A DNA stretch of 64,000 bases from Alphaproteobacteria bacterium (lineage in GTDB: Bacteria; Pseudomonadota; Alphaproteobacteria; SMXQ01). The stretch lies in NCBI GenBank assembly GCA_030831315.1, contig JAURLI010000052.1, positions 25,905 to 89,904 on the forward strand, written 5' to 3'. Under the pieces are notes generated by a model. The model was not told the origin of the DNA. It ran no database searches and saw nothing but the letters and a program-made list of their open reading frames with translations. A program made the position numbers and the translations under genes. This document shows, in pieces, positions 45,686-55,739 of the stretch (its first letter is position 1; every line of letters starts with the position of its first letter).

Positions 45686-46663
45686 ATGACAGCCACCATC
45701 GGCATCATCGGGCTCGGCAACCTCGGCCTTTCCATGTCGAAGAACCTGATGGCGCGCGGCCATCGGGTGATCGGCTTTCGCCGCTCGGCCATGACCGGGT
45801 TCGCAAGCCTTGGCGGCATCCCGGCAACATCGCCGCGCGAGGTCGCGGAAAAATCCGATTTCGTCATCACCAGCCTGCCCTCGGGCGAAGCCCTTGCCGA
45901 AGTTTGCTCGGGCGCGAACGGTATCGCGCGCGCATCACGACCGGGGCTTGCCTTGTTCGAGCTGTCGACCCTGCCGCTTGCAGCAAAGCTTGAACAGAAA
46001 AAGGCGCTCGAAGCCGCCGGCATGACGATGCTGGACGGCACGATTTCCGGCAACCCCGTCTATTTCGCCAATCGCAGCGCGGCCGTCTTCATCGGCGGCG
46101 AACGTGCCGCCTTCGATAACCATGCCGCCACCTTGCGCGACATGACCGACAAGGTGACCTGGCTCGGCCCCTTCGGCGCGGGCAGGGTGGCCAAGTTCGT
46201 GGCGTTGTATCTGGTCTGCGCGCATACGCTGGCGGCGGCAGAAGCGTTCGAACTGGCAAGCCGTGCCGGACTCGATCGCAAGGCGATGTTCGAGGCCATC
46301 AAGGGCTCGAACGCGTCTTCGGCGATGCTGGAAAGCCGCGGTGCCCTGATGCTTGATCGCGACTATTCGAGTTTTTCCCAGGACAAGGAAGGCCGCGTCA
46401 AGGCGCGGACGAAGGATGGCGACGCAGCACCCGTGCGCGGCATGGCAAGTCGTGTGCGCCAGGTAGAACGCCTTGCCGATTTTGCCCATGAACTGGGCGG
46501 TCGCTACCCGCTGCTCGATGCCATGAACGCGGCTTACGGCGAGGCCATCGCCGCCGGCGTCGGGCGCTACGACATCGCCGAGGTGTTCGAGCACCTGATG
46601 GCGGATGCCCCGGAAACCGCCGATATCGACGCTGTTCTGGCGCTTCTGGCCGGCCAGCGCTGA
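45686..46663 (+). CDS. NAD(P)-dependent beta-hydroxyacid dehydrogenase (3-hydroxyisobutyrate dehydrogenase family)
   Basis: IGIIGLGNLGLSMSKNL Rossmann N-terminus. Confidence 0.75.
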   Translation: MTATIGIIGLGNLGLSMSKNLMARGHRVIGFRRSAMTGFASLGGIPATSPREVAEKSDFVITSLPSGEALAEVCSGANGIARASRPGLALFELSTLPLAAKLEQKKALEAAGMTMLDGTISGNPVYFANRSAAVFIGGERAAFDNHAATLRDMTDKVTWLGPFGAGRVAKFVALYLVCAHTLAAAEAFELASRAGLDRKAMFEAIKGSNASSAMLESRGALMLDRDYSSFSQDKEGRVKARTKDGDAAPVRGMASRVRQVERLADFAHELGGRYPLLDAMNAAYGEAIAAGVGRYDIAEVFEHLMADAPETADIDAVLALLAGQR

Positions 46664-46771
46664 GGCGCCCGAAATCCCCCAAAGCTTCATTCAGCGCCGT
46701 TTTCCCGGGGCGGCCTTCCGGTGCTATAATGCCGCAAACGCCAATCGAACGATAAATATGGAGGAAACGTG

Positions 46772-47305
46772 ATGTCGGTCGAAAATATCCCCATGAGTGC
46801 CCGCGAGTCCGAAGAGTTCAAGCACGGCAACGCGCGCGATGAACTTCTCGCCACGGCGGAAAAGCCGGTGTTCTTCAGCATGCGCACGCGGATGGTGAAA
46901 ACCGGCCGCACCAATACCCCGGTGTGCAAGACCGAGAACATGTGGGGCACGGTCAAGGTTTATGCATCGGGCGGTGAAAACGGCCTGCATGCCCATACCA
47001 AGCAGGATCACATGTTCGTCGTCATGCAGGGTTCGGCCCGCTTTTACGGCCCCAATGGCGAAACCCGCGACGTCGGCAAGCATGAAGGCGTGCTGCTGCC
47101 CAAGGGCTGCTATTACTGTTTCAACGCCACGTCGAAGGAGCCGCTGGTGCTGTTCCGCGTCGGCTGCCATACCGAGGAAGCGAAGGACAAGTCCTTGCCC
47201 GGTCGCTTGGACATCAAGGGCGGGTCAATGCCCGGCGATCATCCGGAAAACGCCAAGGGCGCCAAGGCCGCGCCGCTGGTTTACAGCGACGAATGGTTTG
47301 AATAA
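46772..47305 (+). CDS. Cupin-domain protein (paralog of 33561..34061)
   Basis: GGAGGA RBS; LHAHTKQDHMFVVMQGSARFYGPNG cupin motifs. Confidence 0.65.
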   Translation: MSVENIPMSARESEEFKHGNARDELLATAEKPVFFSMRTRMVKTGRTNTPVCKTENMWGTVKVYASGGENGLHAHTKQDHMFVVMQGSARFYGPNGETRDVGKHEGVLLPKGCYYCFNATSKEPLVLFRVGCHTEEAKDKSLPGRLDIKGGSMPGDHPENAKGAKAAPLVYSDEWFE

Positions 47306-47344
47306 GCCACCGACGCGTTCCACCGTTTCCTGCGATGCCGGCGC

Positions 47345-48139
47345 CTAAAGCGCCGGCATCAGCTTTTCGGCCCTGAGGAATTCGATCACCGCGGCATCGA
47401 ACGCGGCCGGGTCTTCGAGGCAGCAGGCATGGCCCGTCCCCGGAATCATGACATGGCGCCCGCGCGGCAGGATTTCCGCCATGGCGCGCCCGCGCGGCAG
47501 GGCATTGTCAAACTCGCCGTTGATGACCATCACCGCCTTGTCGAGGGTGCGGCATTCGTTGGTGACGTCGGACACAGCGAGCGCCCGGAAGCCCTGGGCG
47601 ATGGCCTTGCCCGAGAGCGTCGGGTTGCGTTCGGAGAAGATGTTGAGGAGATAAGCACCGAGCTGCGTTCCCGGGAAATCGGGCGAGACGAGCGAGCGCA
47701 GATGCTCGGCGTGGTAGCCGGGAAGGTCGGGCCCTTCGTATCCCTTGATGCGCCGGTCGAAGTTGGCCCCGCGCGGCTCCGAGCCGGAGCCGACGGCGAT
47801 CACCGCGGCGATTTCGGGGCCGTAGTCGATGGCCATCTTCATGACGATGCGCGAACCCACGCTGACGCCGACGATGACGGCGCCTTCCGCCTTCTCGTCA
47901 TGGATGACGCCCATGACGTCGGCGGTCATGTCGTCGATGGTGAAGGGCGTCTCAACCCGGGCCGAACGGCCGTAGGAGCGTATATCGACGGCGATCACCT
48001 TGAACCAGGTTGAAAACCGCGCGCGCTGATACAAAAAAAGATCGTGGTCGAACGGGTTCGCGTGCACGAGGACCATCGGCGGTCCCTTGCCCGAAACTTC
48101 GTACCAGATATCGACGCCGTTCGCGCGTGACAGGGGCAT
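47345..48139 (-). CDS. Alpha/beta hydrolase
   Basis: 264 aa; VGVSVGS nucleophile elbow, C-terminal GTGHACCLEDP. Confidence 0.75.
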   Translation of the reverse strand: MPLSRANGVDIWYEVSGKGPPMVLVHANPFDHDLFLYQRARFSTWFKVIAVDIRSYGRSARVETPFTIDDMTADVMGVIHDEKAEGAVIVGVSVGSRIVMKMAIDYGPEIAAVIAVGSGSEPRGANFDRRIKGYEGPDLPGYHAEHLRSLVSPDFPGTQLGAYLLNIFSERNPTLSGKAIAQGFRALAVSDVTNECRTLDKAVMVINGEFDNALPRGRAMAEILPRGRHVMIPGTGHACCLEDPAAFDAAVIEFLRAEKLMPAL

Positions 48140-48142
48140 GGC

Positions 48143-51100
48143 TTACTCCGCGGCCACCTGGGCCTGTTCCTTTTCGAAGGCCGCATTACGGCCCATTTCC
48201 GTTTTCAGCTTCCAGCTCAGCAGCGACAGGAGCGGCGGGATCAGCAGAAGCGTCAGTAGCGCGGAAAGGGACAGCCCGCCGACGACGACGGCGCCAAGGC
48301 CACGGTACAGTTCCGACCCGGCGCCCGGCGCCAGCACCAGCGGCAGCATGCCGAACACCGTCGTCAATGTGGACATGAAGATGGGCCGGATGCGCGTCTG
48401 GGTCGAATCGAGGATCGCCTGTTCGGGCGTCATGCCCTGATCGCGCACGTTCGACAGCGTATAGGTCACCAGAAGGATGGCGTTGTTGACGACGGTGCCG
48501 ATCAGGATGATGAAGCCGAGCAGCGTCAGCATATCGAGGGGCTGGCGGTCGCTTGAGGGAAGCACGACGGCGTTGAGGAACCACAGGCCGAGCACGCCGC
48601 CGGCGGTGGCCAGCGGCACTGACAGGATGATGATGAACGGATAGATGAAGCTTTCCAGGATGACGGCCATTACCAGGAACACGACGACGACGGCGACCAG
48701 AAGATCGAACTTGAGGTGATTCCAGGTTTTGGTCAGTTCGTCGGCAGCGCCGGAGAGGCGGATCTTGACGCCGGGCGGCAGGCCTTCCTTCTCGATGACC
48801 TCGATAACCTCCTTGCGGACCTTCTCGATTGTGGTTTCGAGGGGGATGAGCTTGGCCGGGCGGATATCAAGCTGAACGTAGCGCGTGCGCTCAAGGTGCC
48901 AGACCTCTGTCGGGCCCGCGGTAACCTCGACCCTTGCCAGCGACGATGCCGGCACGATGCGCCCGTCGCGCGTGACGATGGGCAGGGCCGCGATCCCCTG
49001 TGTGGTGCCGACGAGGTTTTCCGGGCCCCTGAGGGTCAAATCGATGCGCCGGTCGCCGACGGTGATTTCGGCGATGCGTACGCCATCGTTGAAGGCATCC
49101 ACCGTCTGGGCGAAGTCGCGGGCGCTCAGCCCGGCATCGGCGAGGCGCAGCTGGTCGGGCGTCAGCCGGACTTCCGGCGCGCCCAGTTCGAGGCCGGGGC
49201 GCGGGCGCACCCGGTGCCCTTCGCGCCTGGGCACGACGTCGCGCAGCAGGTCATCGACGCGCCGCGCGATTTCGAGGTTCTGCTCCAGATTGGGGCCGGA
49301 GATATCGACGCGGATCGAGCGCGAGCCGCCGACACCGCGCGAAAAGATGGACGACTGCTCGACCGAGCCGCGGGTGCCGGGTTCGCGCAGAACCGGCTCT
49401 TCGATGATGCTTTCCAGTTCCGCCGCGCGCTTGGGATCGACGGCGCTTGCGCCGATGAAGGTTTGTTCGTTGCGGGCGACGAAGAAGAAATGGTCCATCT
49501 TGGGCGGCTCGCCCGGCTTGGATTCCGGGCCTGATACGCTTGCCCAGTAGGGGCGCACGGCTTTTTCGATTTCCTGGGCCGAGCGCATCATGGTTTCGAG
49601 GTTGTAGCCGGGTGGCGGCGTGATGCGCCCCCAGACCTGGTTCCGGTTGCCGTCGGGCAGGAAGTCGAGCGGCGGCAGCGCCAGCGCCGTAAACAGCGCC
49701 GTACCGCCGAATACCCCTGCAATGACGCCCATGGCCAGTTTCTTCGAGGTGATGACGCTCTGGGCGAAACGCATGATGGCGGCGGCGAAGCGTTCGCCGA
49801 AATCGTCGAGGACGGGAATGCGATAGGGTTGTTCACCCTTGGCGGGAACCTTCTTCAGGAGCGAGCGCGACAGCGCCGGCACCACCGTGATGGCGACGAT
49901 CAGCGACAGGACGACTGCCACAGACAGCGCCACGGCGATATCGCGGAACAGCTGGCCGACCGTCAGTTGCAGCATCAGCACCGGGGCGAACACCACCACC
50001 GTCGTGAGCGCCGAGGCGAAGACCGCGGGCCAGACCTGCTTGGTGCCGAGGAGCGCCGCCACCATCGGCGATTTGCCTTCTTCCCGGTAGCGGTAGACGT
50101 TTTCCAGAACGACGATGGCCGCATCGACGACCATGCCGACGGCGAAAGCGATGCCGGCCAGTGAAATCACGTTGAGCGACCGGCCCAGCATCGCCATGGC
50201 GACGAAGGCGCCGATGATCGAAACGGGAATCGCCAGCGTTACCACCAGCGTCGGCCGCCATGACCGCAGGAAGAGCAGGAGGATCATTGCCGCCAGCGCG
50301 CCGCCCGCCCAGATGTTCTGGGTTACGAGGTCGATGGCCGCGTTGATGTAGACGGTCTCGTCATAGACCTGGCGGATCTCGAGGCCTTCGCGCTTCAGCG
50401 CATTCCTGTTGATGTCCTCCACCGCGGCGCGGATGCCGCGCATGGTTTCGATGACGTTGGCGCCTGCCTCGCGCACGACGTCCAGCGTGATGGTGTCCTC
50501 GCCCAGGTAGCGGCGATGGGTGGAGGGTTCCTTGTAGTCGAACTTGACCTCGGCGATATCGCCGACGGTGACGCGCGCGACGCGGCCCGATCCGTCATCG
50601 GATTCGCGCCGCAGGACCACCGCCTTGGCCTGTTCGACCGTGGTGATCTCGCCTTCGGTGCGGACGATGTAGCTGCGCTTGCCTTCATCGACCTTGCCCG
50701 CGGAAATCGAGGCGCTCGAGTCACGAAGCGTGCGCAGGACATCCGGCACGGTCAGGCGGAAGGCGGCAAGCCTTTCCGGATCGACGACGATCCTGAGCTC
50801 CCGGCGCGACCCGCCCCGGAAATCGGCGCCGGCAACGCCCGGCACCCGTTCCAGGCGTTCGATCACGACGTCCTCGATCAGGTCGCCATAGGTTTCAAGC
50901 TCGCGCGTGTTGCCGTCGATCCGGCGCATGACGAAATAGGCGATGGGGACGTCTTCGGAGCCGCGTGTCAGGATGCGCGGCTCCTGGGCTTCCGGCGGCA
51001 GGTTGTCGAGGCTTGCCAGCCGGTTGCCGATCAGCAGCATGGCCTTTTCGAGGTTGTAGCCGATCTCGAATTCCATGCGGATGCGCGACGACCCCAGCGT

Positions 51101-51355
51101 CGAACGGCTCGACAGTTCGATCGTTCCCTCGATGCCGCCAAGTTCCTGCTCGATCCGGTTGGTGATCTCGCGTTCGACTTCGACCGGCGCCGCGCCGCTC
51201 CAGCGCGTGCGGATGTCGATCTGCGGGCGGCGGATATCGGGGGTGAGCTGGATCGGAATGGTATTGAGTGCCACGAGGCCAAAGGCCAGCACCAGCATCA
51301 CGGCCGCCATCACAGCGATGGGGCGCCTGAGCGAGACCTCGATCAGCTTGTTCAT
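48143..51355 (-). CDS. RND efflux transporter permease (AcrB/HAE1-type)
   Basis: 1070 aa, 12-TM with two large periplasmic loops. Confidence 0.9.
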   Translation of the reverse strand: MNKLIEVSLRRPIAVMAAVMLVLAFGLVALNTIPIQLTPDIRRPQIDIRTRWSGAAPVEVEREITNRIEQELGGIEGTIELSSRSTLGSSRIRMEFEIGYNLEKAMLLIGNRLASLDNLPPEAQEPRILTRGSEDVPIAYFVMRRIDGNTRELETYGDLIEDVVIERLERVPGVAGADFRGGSRRELRIVVDPERLAAFRLTVPDVLRTLRDSSASISAGKVDEGKRSYIVRTEGEITTVEQAKAVVLRRESDDGSGRVARVTVGDIAEVKFDYKEPSTHRRYLGEDTITLDVVREAGANVIETMRGIRAAVEDINRNALKREGLEIRQVYDETVYINAAIDLVTQNIWAGGALAAMILLLFLRSWRPTLVVTLAIPVSIIGAFVAMAMLGRSLNVISLAGIAFAVGMVVDAAIVVLENVYRYREEGKSPMVAALLGTKQVWPAVFASALTTVVVFAPVLMLQLTVGQLFRDIAVALSVAVVLSLIVAITVVPALSRSLLKKVPAKGEQPYRIPVLDDFGERFAAAIMRFAQSVITSKKLAMGVIAGVFGGTALFTALALPPLDFLPDGNRNQVWGRITPPPGYNLETMMRSAQEIEKAVRPYWASVSGPESKPGEPPKMDHFFFVARNEQTFIGASAVDPKRAAELESIIEEPVLREPGTRGSVEQSSIFSRGVGGSRSIRVDISGPNLEQNLEIARRVDDLLRDVVPRREGHRVRPRPGLELGAPEVRLTPDQLRLADAGLSARDFAQTVDAFNDGVRIAEITVGDRRIDLTLRGPENLVGTTQGIAALPIVTRDGRIVPASSLARVEVTAGPTEVWHLERTRYVQLDIRPAKLIPLETTIEKVRKEVIEVIEKEGLPPGVKIRLSGAADELTKTWNHLKFDLLVAVVVVFLVMAVILESFIYPFIIILSVPLATAGGVLGLWFLNAVVLPSSDRQPLDMLTLLGFIILIGTVVNNAILLVTYTLSNVRDQGMTPEQAILDSTQTRIRPIFMSTLTTVFGMLPLVLAPGAGSELYRGLGAVVVGGLSLSALLTLLLIPPLLSLLSWKLKTEMGRNAAFEKEQAQVAAE

Positions 51356-52545
51356 TGGCCGGACGCGCCCTTGCCGTTGAAGCGCACGCGGCTGCCGTCG
51401 CGCAGGCGTTCGTTGCCGCGCACGACGACGATATCCCCGGCCTTGAGGCCGTCGAGCACCTCGAACCGGGTGCCGACCGCCTCGCCCACCAGTACGGTAC
51501 GGGACTGGGCGCGGCCATCCTCGACGACGAAGGCTGTGGGTTGCCCGCGCGATGCGATCAACGCATCCTTGTGAACGGACAGGACATTGCGTCCCTTGCC
51601 GATCGGCACGTGGACCGTGGCCGACTGGTTGGCGGCCATGGCCGCCGGCCGGTCGCCGAATTTGGGCGTCAGGCGTACCGTGCGCGTGCGCGTGCGCAGG
51701 TCTTCTTCCGGCACGATGGCACGTACCACGGCTTCGAAGCGGCGTTTGCCGAGTTCAAAGGTGCAGACGATGCCGGGCTTCAGGGCTTCGACCCGTGCCG
51801 CCGGGACATCGATCTCGATTTCCAGCGCGCCGTCGGAGACCATCGTGTAAACGGCCTGTCCTTCCTTGAGGTAGGATCCCATTTCCGAATGACGGCGGGT
51901 GATGGTCCCGTCATAGGGCGCGATGATCTTCGTGTAGGAAAGGTTGGTCTCGCTGAGCCGCAGGTTGGCGGCGGCACGTTCCGCCTTGGCCTGGTACTCG
52001 ACCATTTCGGTGCGCAGGCGGGTGACGTCGACGAGCTTGTCTTCGTAACGCGCCTTGGGGAAGGCGGACGAGTTGCGGAGATCGGCGTAACGCTTGAGTT
52101 CCTGTTCCGCGAGGGCGACGCGCGCCTTCGAAGTTTCCACCGCCGCCTTAGCCGCGTTTAGTTCCGCAAGTTTCTGGTCGCGGTCGAGAGCCAACCGCTG
52201 ATCGGCGAGTTTTGCCAGCAACTGGCCCTTTTTCACGCGATTGCCGATATCGACCATCATTTCTGCGACCGGAGCATCGATCCGCGCCGCGACGGTGCCT
52301 GACCGCAGGGCGACGAGGCGGCCGACCAGCGGCAGCGTCTGCGCCATGGGAACCACGCGAACCTCATCGACACCCACCAGGGTGGCGGCGCGTTTCTTGC
52401 GCTTCTTGGCGTCTTCGCCATTGCCGGAGTCTTGCGCATGGGCAGCCGTGACTGATCCCGGATGGGGAAGGGACCACGACAGCGAAAAAATGAAAACGGC
52501 CGCAGTGGCGGCAGCGGAAATGCGGACGATACCTTTTATGCGCAC
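51352..52545 (-). CDS. RND efflux periplasmic adaptor (membrane fusion protein, HlyD family)
   Basis: Signal/anchor, coiled-coil hairpin, beta-barrel; stop/start overlap with permease. Confidence 0.85.
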   Translation of the reverse strand: MRIKGIVRISAAATAAVFIFSLSWSLPHPGSVTAAHAQDSGNGEDAKKRKKRAATLVGVDEVRVVPMAQTLPLVGRLVALRSGTVAARIDAPVAEMMVDIGNRVKKGQLLAKLADQRLALDRDQKLAELNAAKAAVETSKARVALAEQELKRYADLRNSSAFPKARYEDKLVDVTRLRTEMVEYQAKAERAAANLRLSETNLSYTKIIAPYDGTITRRHSEMGSYLKEGQAVYTMVSDGALEIEIDVPAARVEALKPGIVCTFELGKRRFEAVVRAIVPEEDLRTRTRTVRLTPKFGDRPAAMAANQSATVHVPIGKGRNVLSVHKDALIASRGQPTAFVVEDGRAQSRTVLVGEAVGTRFEVLDGLKAGDIVVVRGNERLRDGSRVRFNGKGASGQ

Positions 52546-52694
52546 GGACCCTTGCTCCCTTCGCGCCGGTTACTGTTCCGGTGCCGTTTAAGTCGACGGG
52601 AGGTGCGGGGACCCCATCGACACCCTGCCGCGCCGTTGTTCTTGGCTTTTGGCGGTGCGGTCTTTTCAACGGTTTTGGGCGACATTTGGCCCCC

Positions 52695-52706
52695 TGTCAA
52701 TTGACA
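52695..52706. promoter_or_regulatory. Perfect 12-bp palindrome TGTCAATTGACA (candidate operator)
   Basis: In divergent region between RND adaptor start (52545) and HDAC-like gene start (52800). Confidence 0.45.
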
Positions 52707-52799
52707 TCGCCCGGGCAGGATTTGGCTCCGGCCTGCGCCTTGCGCCGCCCCGCAAAATCCCCAAGAATCGGTCCTCTCCAGCGAAACTGCCCCGGTGCC

Positions 52800-53723
52800 A
52801 TGACCACCCTTGTTCTGACCCATCCGGCCTGCCTTGCGCACGATCCAGGGCCCGGCCATCCGGAAACGCCGGCGCGGCTGGTGGCCGTGCTCGATGGGCT
52901 GGAAGGGGTAGGGGGCCTTGACCGGGTCGAGGCGCCCCGCGCCGACGAAACGACCCTCGCCGCCGTCCATACCCCTGAAATGATCGAAACCGTGTTCGCG
53001 GCAGTCCCCGAAAGCGGATATGGCGCACTTGATCACGACACGCTGGTATCGCCCGGCTCGGGGGATGCGGCGCTTTGCGCGGCGGGTGCGGCAATCGCCG
53101 CCGTCGATGCGGTGATGACGGGGCGGGCAGCGGCTGCGTTCTGCGCGGTGCGTCCGCCCGGTCACCACGCGATGCCGACACGTGCCATGGGTTTTTGCCT
53201 GTTCAACAATGCCGCCCTTGCCGCCGTCCATGCGCGCGAAGTCCATGGCTGCGCGCGCGTCGCCGTTGTCGATTTCGATGTGCACCATGGCAACGGCACG
53301 GAGGATTGCCTGCGCGGGCGCGAGGGCTTCCTTTATGCCTCGTCGCACGAATATCCGAATTACCCGGGCACCGGCCTTCAGTCCGAGGACGGTCCCTGCC
53401 GCATCGTCAACGTGCCTTTGCCGCGCGGCACCGACGGCCCCACTTTCCGCGCGGCATGGTCGGAGCGCATCCTGCCGGCGCTTGATGATTTCGCGCCGGA
53501 TTTCCTGATCGTATCGGCGGGCTTCGACGGCCATCGCAAGGATCCCCTGTCGCTGATGCAGCTCGAGGCGGCGGATTTCGGCTGGCTGACCCTTGAACTC
53601 AGGCATCTCGCGGAGCGCCATGCGGCGGGCCGAATCGTATCGGTGCTGGAGGGGGGCTACGACCTCGGCGCGCTCGCGGCCTCGGCTCATGCGCATGTGG
53701 CGGCGCTGGCGGGGCCGATTTAG
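52800..53723 (+). CDS. Histone deacetylase-family amidohydrolase (AcuC/HDAC-like)
   Basis: RPPGHHA, DFDVHHGNGT, GGYD motifs; ORF-track 5' extension rejected. Confidence 0.8.
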   Translation: MTTLVLTHPACLAHDPGPGHPETPARLVAVLDGLEGVGGLDRVEAPRADETTLAAVHTPEMIETVFAAVPESGYGALDHDTLVSPGSGDAALCAAGAAIAAVDAVMTGRAAAAFCAVRPPGHHAMPTRAMGFCLFNNAALAAVHAREVHGCARVAVVDFDVHHGNGTEDCLRGREGFLYASSHEYPNYPGTGLQSEDGPCRIVNVPLPRGTDGPTFRAAWSERILPALDDFAPDFLIVSAGFDGHRKDPLSLMQLEAADFGWLTLELRHLAERHAAGRIVSVLEGGYDLGALAASAHAHVAALAGPI

Positions 53724-53801
53724 CGATTTTCCTGCCGCGCGCCTTGCTCCGGGGCGCGGCGTTTCCTACACTGGCGCCCGCAAAACGGGAGTGCCGAAAA
53801 C

Positions 53802-54074
53802 ATGGCAAAAGCCGACAAATCCGAAGCCAAAGGCAAGGGCGACGCCGACATCGCCGTCATGAGCTTCGAGGATGCGCTGGCCGAGCTCGAAACCATCGTG
53901 CGCGAGCTTGAAGACGGACGCGTCAAGCTCGACGGCGCGATCTCGGCCTACGAGCGCGGCGCCCGCCTCAAGGCTCATTGCGAAAAGAAGCTCGCCGAAG
54001 CCAAGGCGAAGGTCGAAAAGATTTCCCTCGGCTCTTCCGGCCCCGAAGGCGTCGAACCCGCCGACATCGGCTGA
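53802..54074 (+). CDS. xseB: Exodeoxyribonuclease VII small subunit
   Basis: [18 protein letters not shown] signature. Confidence 0.85.
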   Translation: MAKADKSEAKGKGDADIAVMSFEDALAELETIVRELEDGRVKLDGAISAYERGARLKAHCEKKLAEAKAKVEKISLGSSGPEGVEPADIG

Positions 54075-54078
54075 CATC

Positions 54079-54993
54079 GTGGCCGCTAACGACAGAGCGT
54101 CAGGGGAAAGCCTTGCCGACGCCATGGTGCGCGTCGCTGATGGCGTTGAGAAAGTCCTCGATACCATTCTTCCGCCGGCCGGCCCCGGCCCTGAAGGCCG
54201 GCTTGCCGAAGCCATGCGCTATGTGGCGCTGGGTTCGGGCAAGCGCTTCCGGCCGTTTCTGGTGGTGGCGTCTGCGGATCTTTTCGGCGTGCCCGAGCAG
54301 GTCAGCCTGCGTGTCGGTGCCGCGGTCGAGATGATCCATGCCTATTCCCTGGTCCATGACGACCTGCCGAGCATGGACGACGACGCCATGCGCCGGGGCA
54401 AGCCTGCCTGTCATGTCGAGTTCGGCGAAGCGCTGGCCATTCTCGTCGGCGATGCGTTGTTGCCGCTCGCCTTTGAAACCCTCGTCGAGCCTGCGACGCA
54501 CCCGGACGCCGCGGTGCGCGGCGCGCTTGTCTCGGGCCTCGCCGTGGCGGCGGGCGCGCGCGGCATGGTCGGCGGTCAGGTGCTCGACCTCGCGGCCGAG
54601 GACATGGACCTCGACGCCGGGGAGATTGCCCGCCTTGAGAGGCTCAAGACCGGCGCCCTCATCGGCTTCTGCTGCGATGCCGGGGCCATTCTCGGCCATG
54701 CGCAGGACGCCGAGCGCCGGGCGCTTGCGGCTTACGCCCATGATCTCGGCCTCGCCTACCAGATGGCCGACGATCTTCTCGATGCCGAAGGCGATGCGGC
54801 GACCGTCGGCAAGGCCGTGCACAAGGACGCCGGGCGCGGCAAGGCAACCTTTGTTTCTGCTCTCGGCATTGAACAGGCCCGCGCACAGGCCGCAAGGCTG
54901 GCCCAACAGGCGGCGGCGCATCTCGATGTTTTCGGCCCCCGTGCGGACTTGTTGAAAAACGTCGCCCGTTTTGTGGTGGAGCGCGGTTCGTGA
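54079..54993 (+). CDS. ispA: (2E,6E)-farnesyl diphosphate synthase / polyprenyl synthetase
   Basis: LVHDDLPSMDDD (FARM) and QMADDLLD (SARM) aspartate-rich motifs; xseB-ispA synteny. Confidence 0.8.
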   Translation: MAANDRASGESLADAMVRVADGVEKVLDTILPPAGPGPEGRLAEAMRYVALGSGKRFRPFLVVASADLFGVPEQVSLRVGAAVEMIHAYSLVHDDLPSMDDDAMRRGKPACHVEFGEALAILVGDALLPLAFETLVEPATHPDAAVRGALVSGLAVAAGARGMVGGQVLDLAAEDMDLDAGEIARLERLKTGALIGFCCDAGAILGHAQDAERRALAAYAHDLGLAYQMADDLLDAEGDAATVGKAVHKDAGRGKATFVSALGIEQARAQAARLAQQAAAHLDVFGPRADLLKNVARFVVERGS

Positions 54994-55739
54994 GTCGTGA
55001 ACGCCCGCGTCTCGATCAGTTGCTGGTCGAGCGCGGCCTTGTCGAAACGCGGGCCAAGGCACAGGCGCTGGTCATGGCGGGCAAGGTCTTTTCGGGCGAA
55101 GCCAAGCTGGAAAAGCCGGGCCAGCGCCTCGATCCGGAAACCGAGCTGGAGGTGCGCGGCCAGCCTCATCCCTGGGTGTCGCGCGGTGGGCTCAAGCTCG
55201 CCCATGCGATTGAGCATTTCGGCATTTCCCTGCAGGGCGCCACGGTTATCGACGTTGGTTCCTCGACCGGCGGTTTCACCGATGTTGCGCTCGCCAACGG
55301 CGCCAGCCGCGTCTATGCGGTCGATGTCGGCAAGGGCCAGCTTGCCTGGAAACTGCGCACCAATGACCGCGTCGTTCTGCTCGAAGGCGTCAACGCCCGC
55401 CACCTGACGGCGGAACAGATACCCAAACCTGCCGATGCGGTAGTCTGCGATGCGAGCTTCATCGGTCTTGAACTCGTATTGCCCGCGGCTCTTGCGCTGG
55501 CGCGTCCCGGTGCGACATTGGTTGCGCTGATCAAGCCCCAGTTCGAGGTCGGCAAGGGCCGCGTCGGCAAGGGTGGCATCGTGCGCGAACCGGAGTTGCA
55601 TGCCGAAGTGGTCGAGCGCATCCGCAACTGGTTGTCGGACGTCATGCACTGGCGAGTGATTGGCGTCACCGAAAGCCCGGTTACCGGCGCCGACGGCAAC
55701 GTCGAATTCCTGATTTATGCCGTCAAGGAGGCGCCGTGA
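54990..55739 (+). CDS. tlyA: TlyA-family rRNA 2'-O-methyltransferase (hemolysin A-like)
   Basis: RLDQLLVERGLVETRAKAQALVMAGKV S4 domain plus FtsJ-like MTase block VIDVGSSTGGFTD. Confidence 0.8.
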   Translation: MSRERPRLDQLLVERGLVETRAKAQALVMAGKVFSGEAKLEKPGQRLDPETELEVRGQPHPWVSRGGLKLAHAIEHFGISLQGATVIDVGSSTGGFTDVALANGASRVYAVDVGKGQLAWKLRTNDRVVLLEGVNARHLTAEQIPKPADAVVCDASFIGLELVLPAALALARPGATLVALIKPQFEVGKGRVGKGGIVREPELHAEVVERIRNWLSDVMHWRVIGVTESPVTGADGNVEFLIYAVKEAP

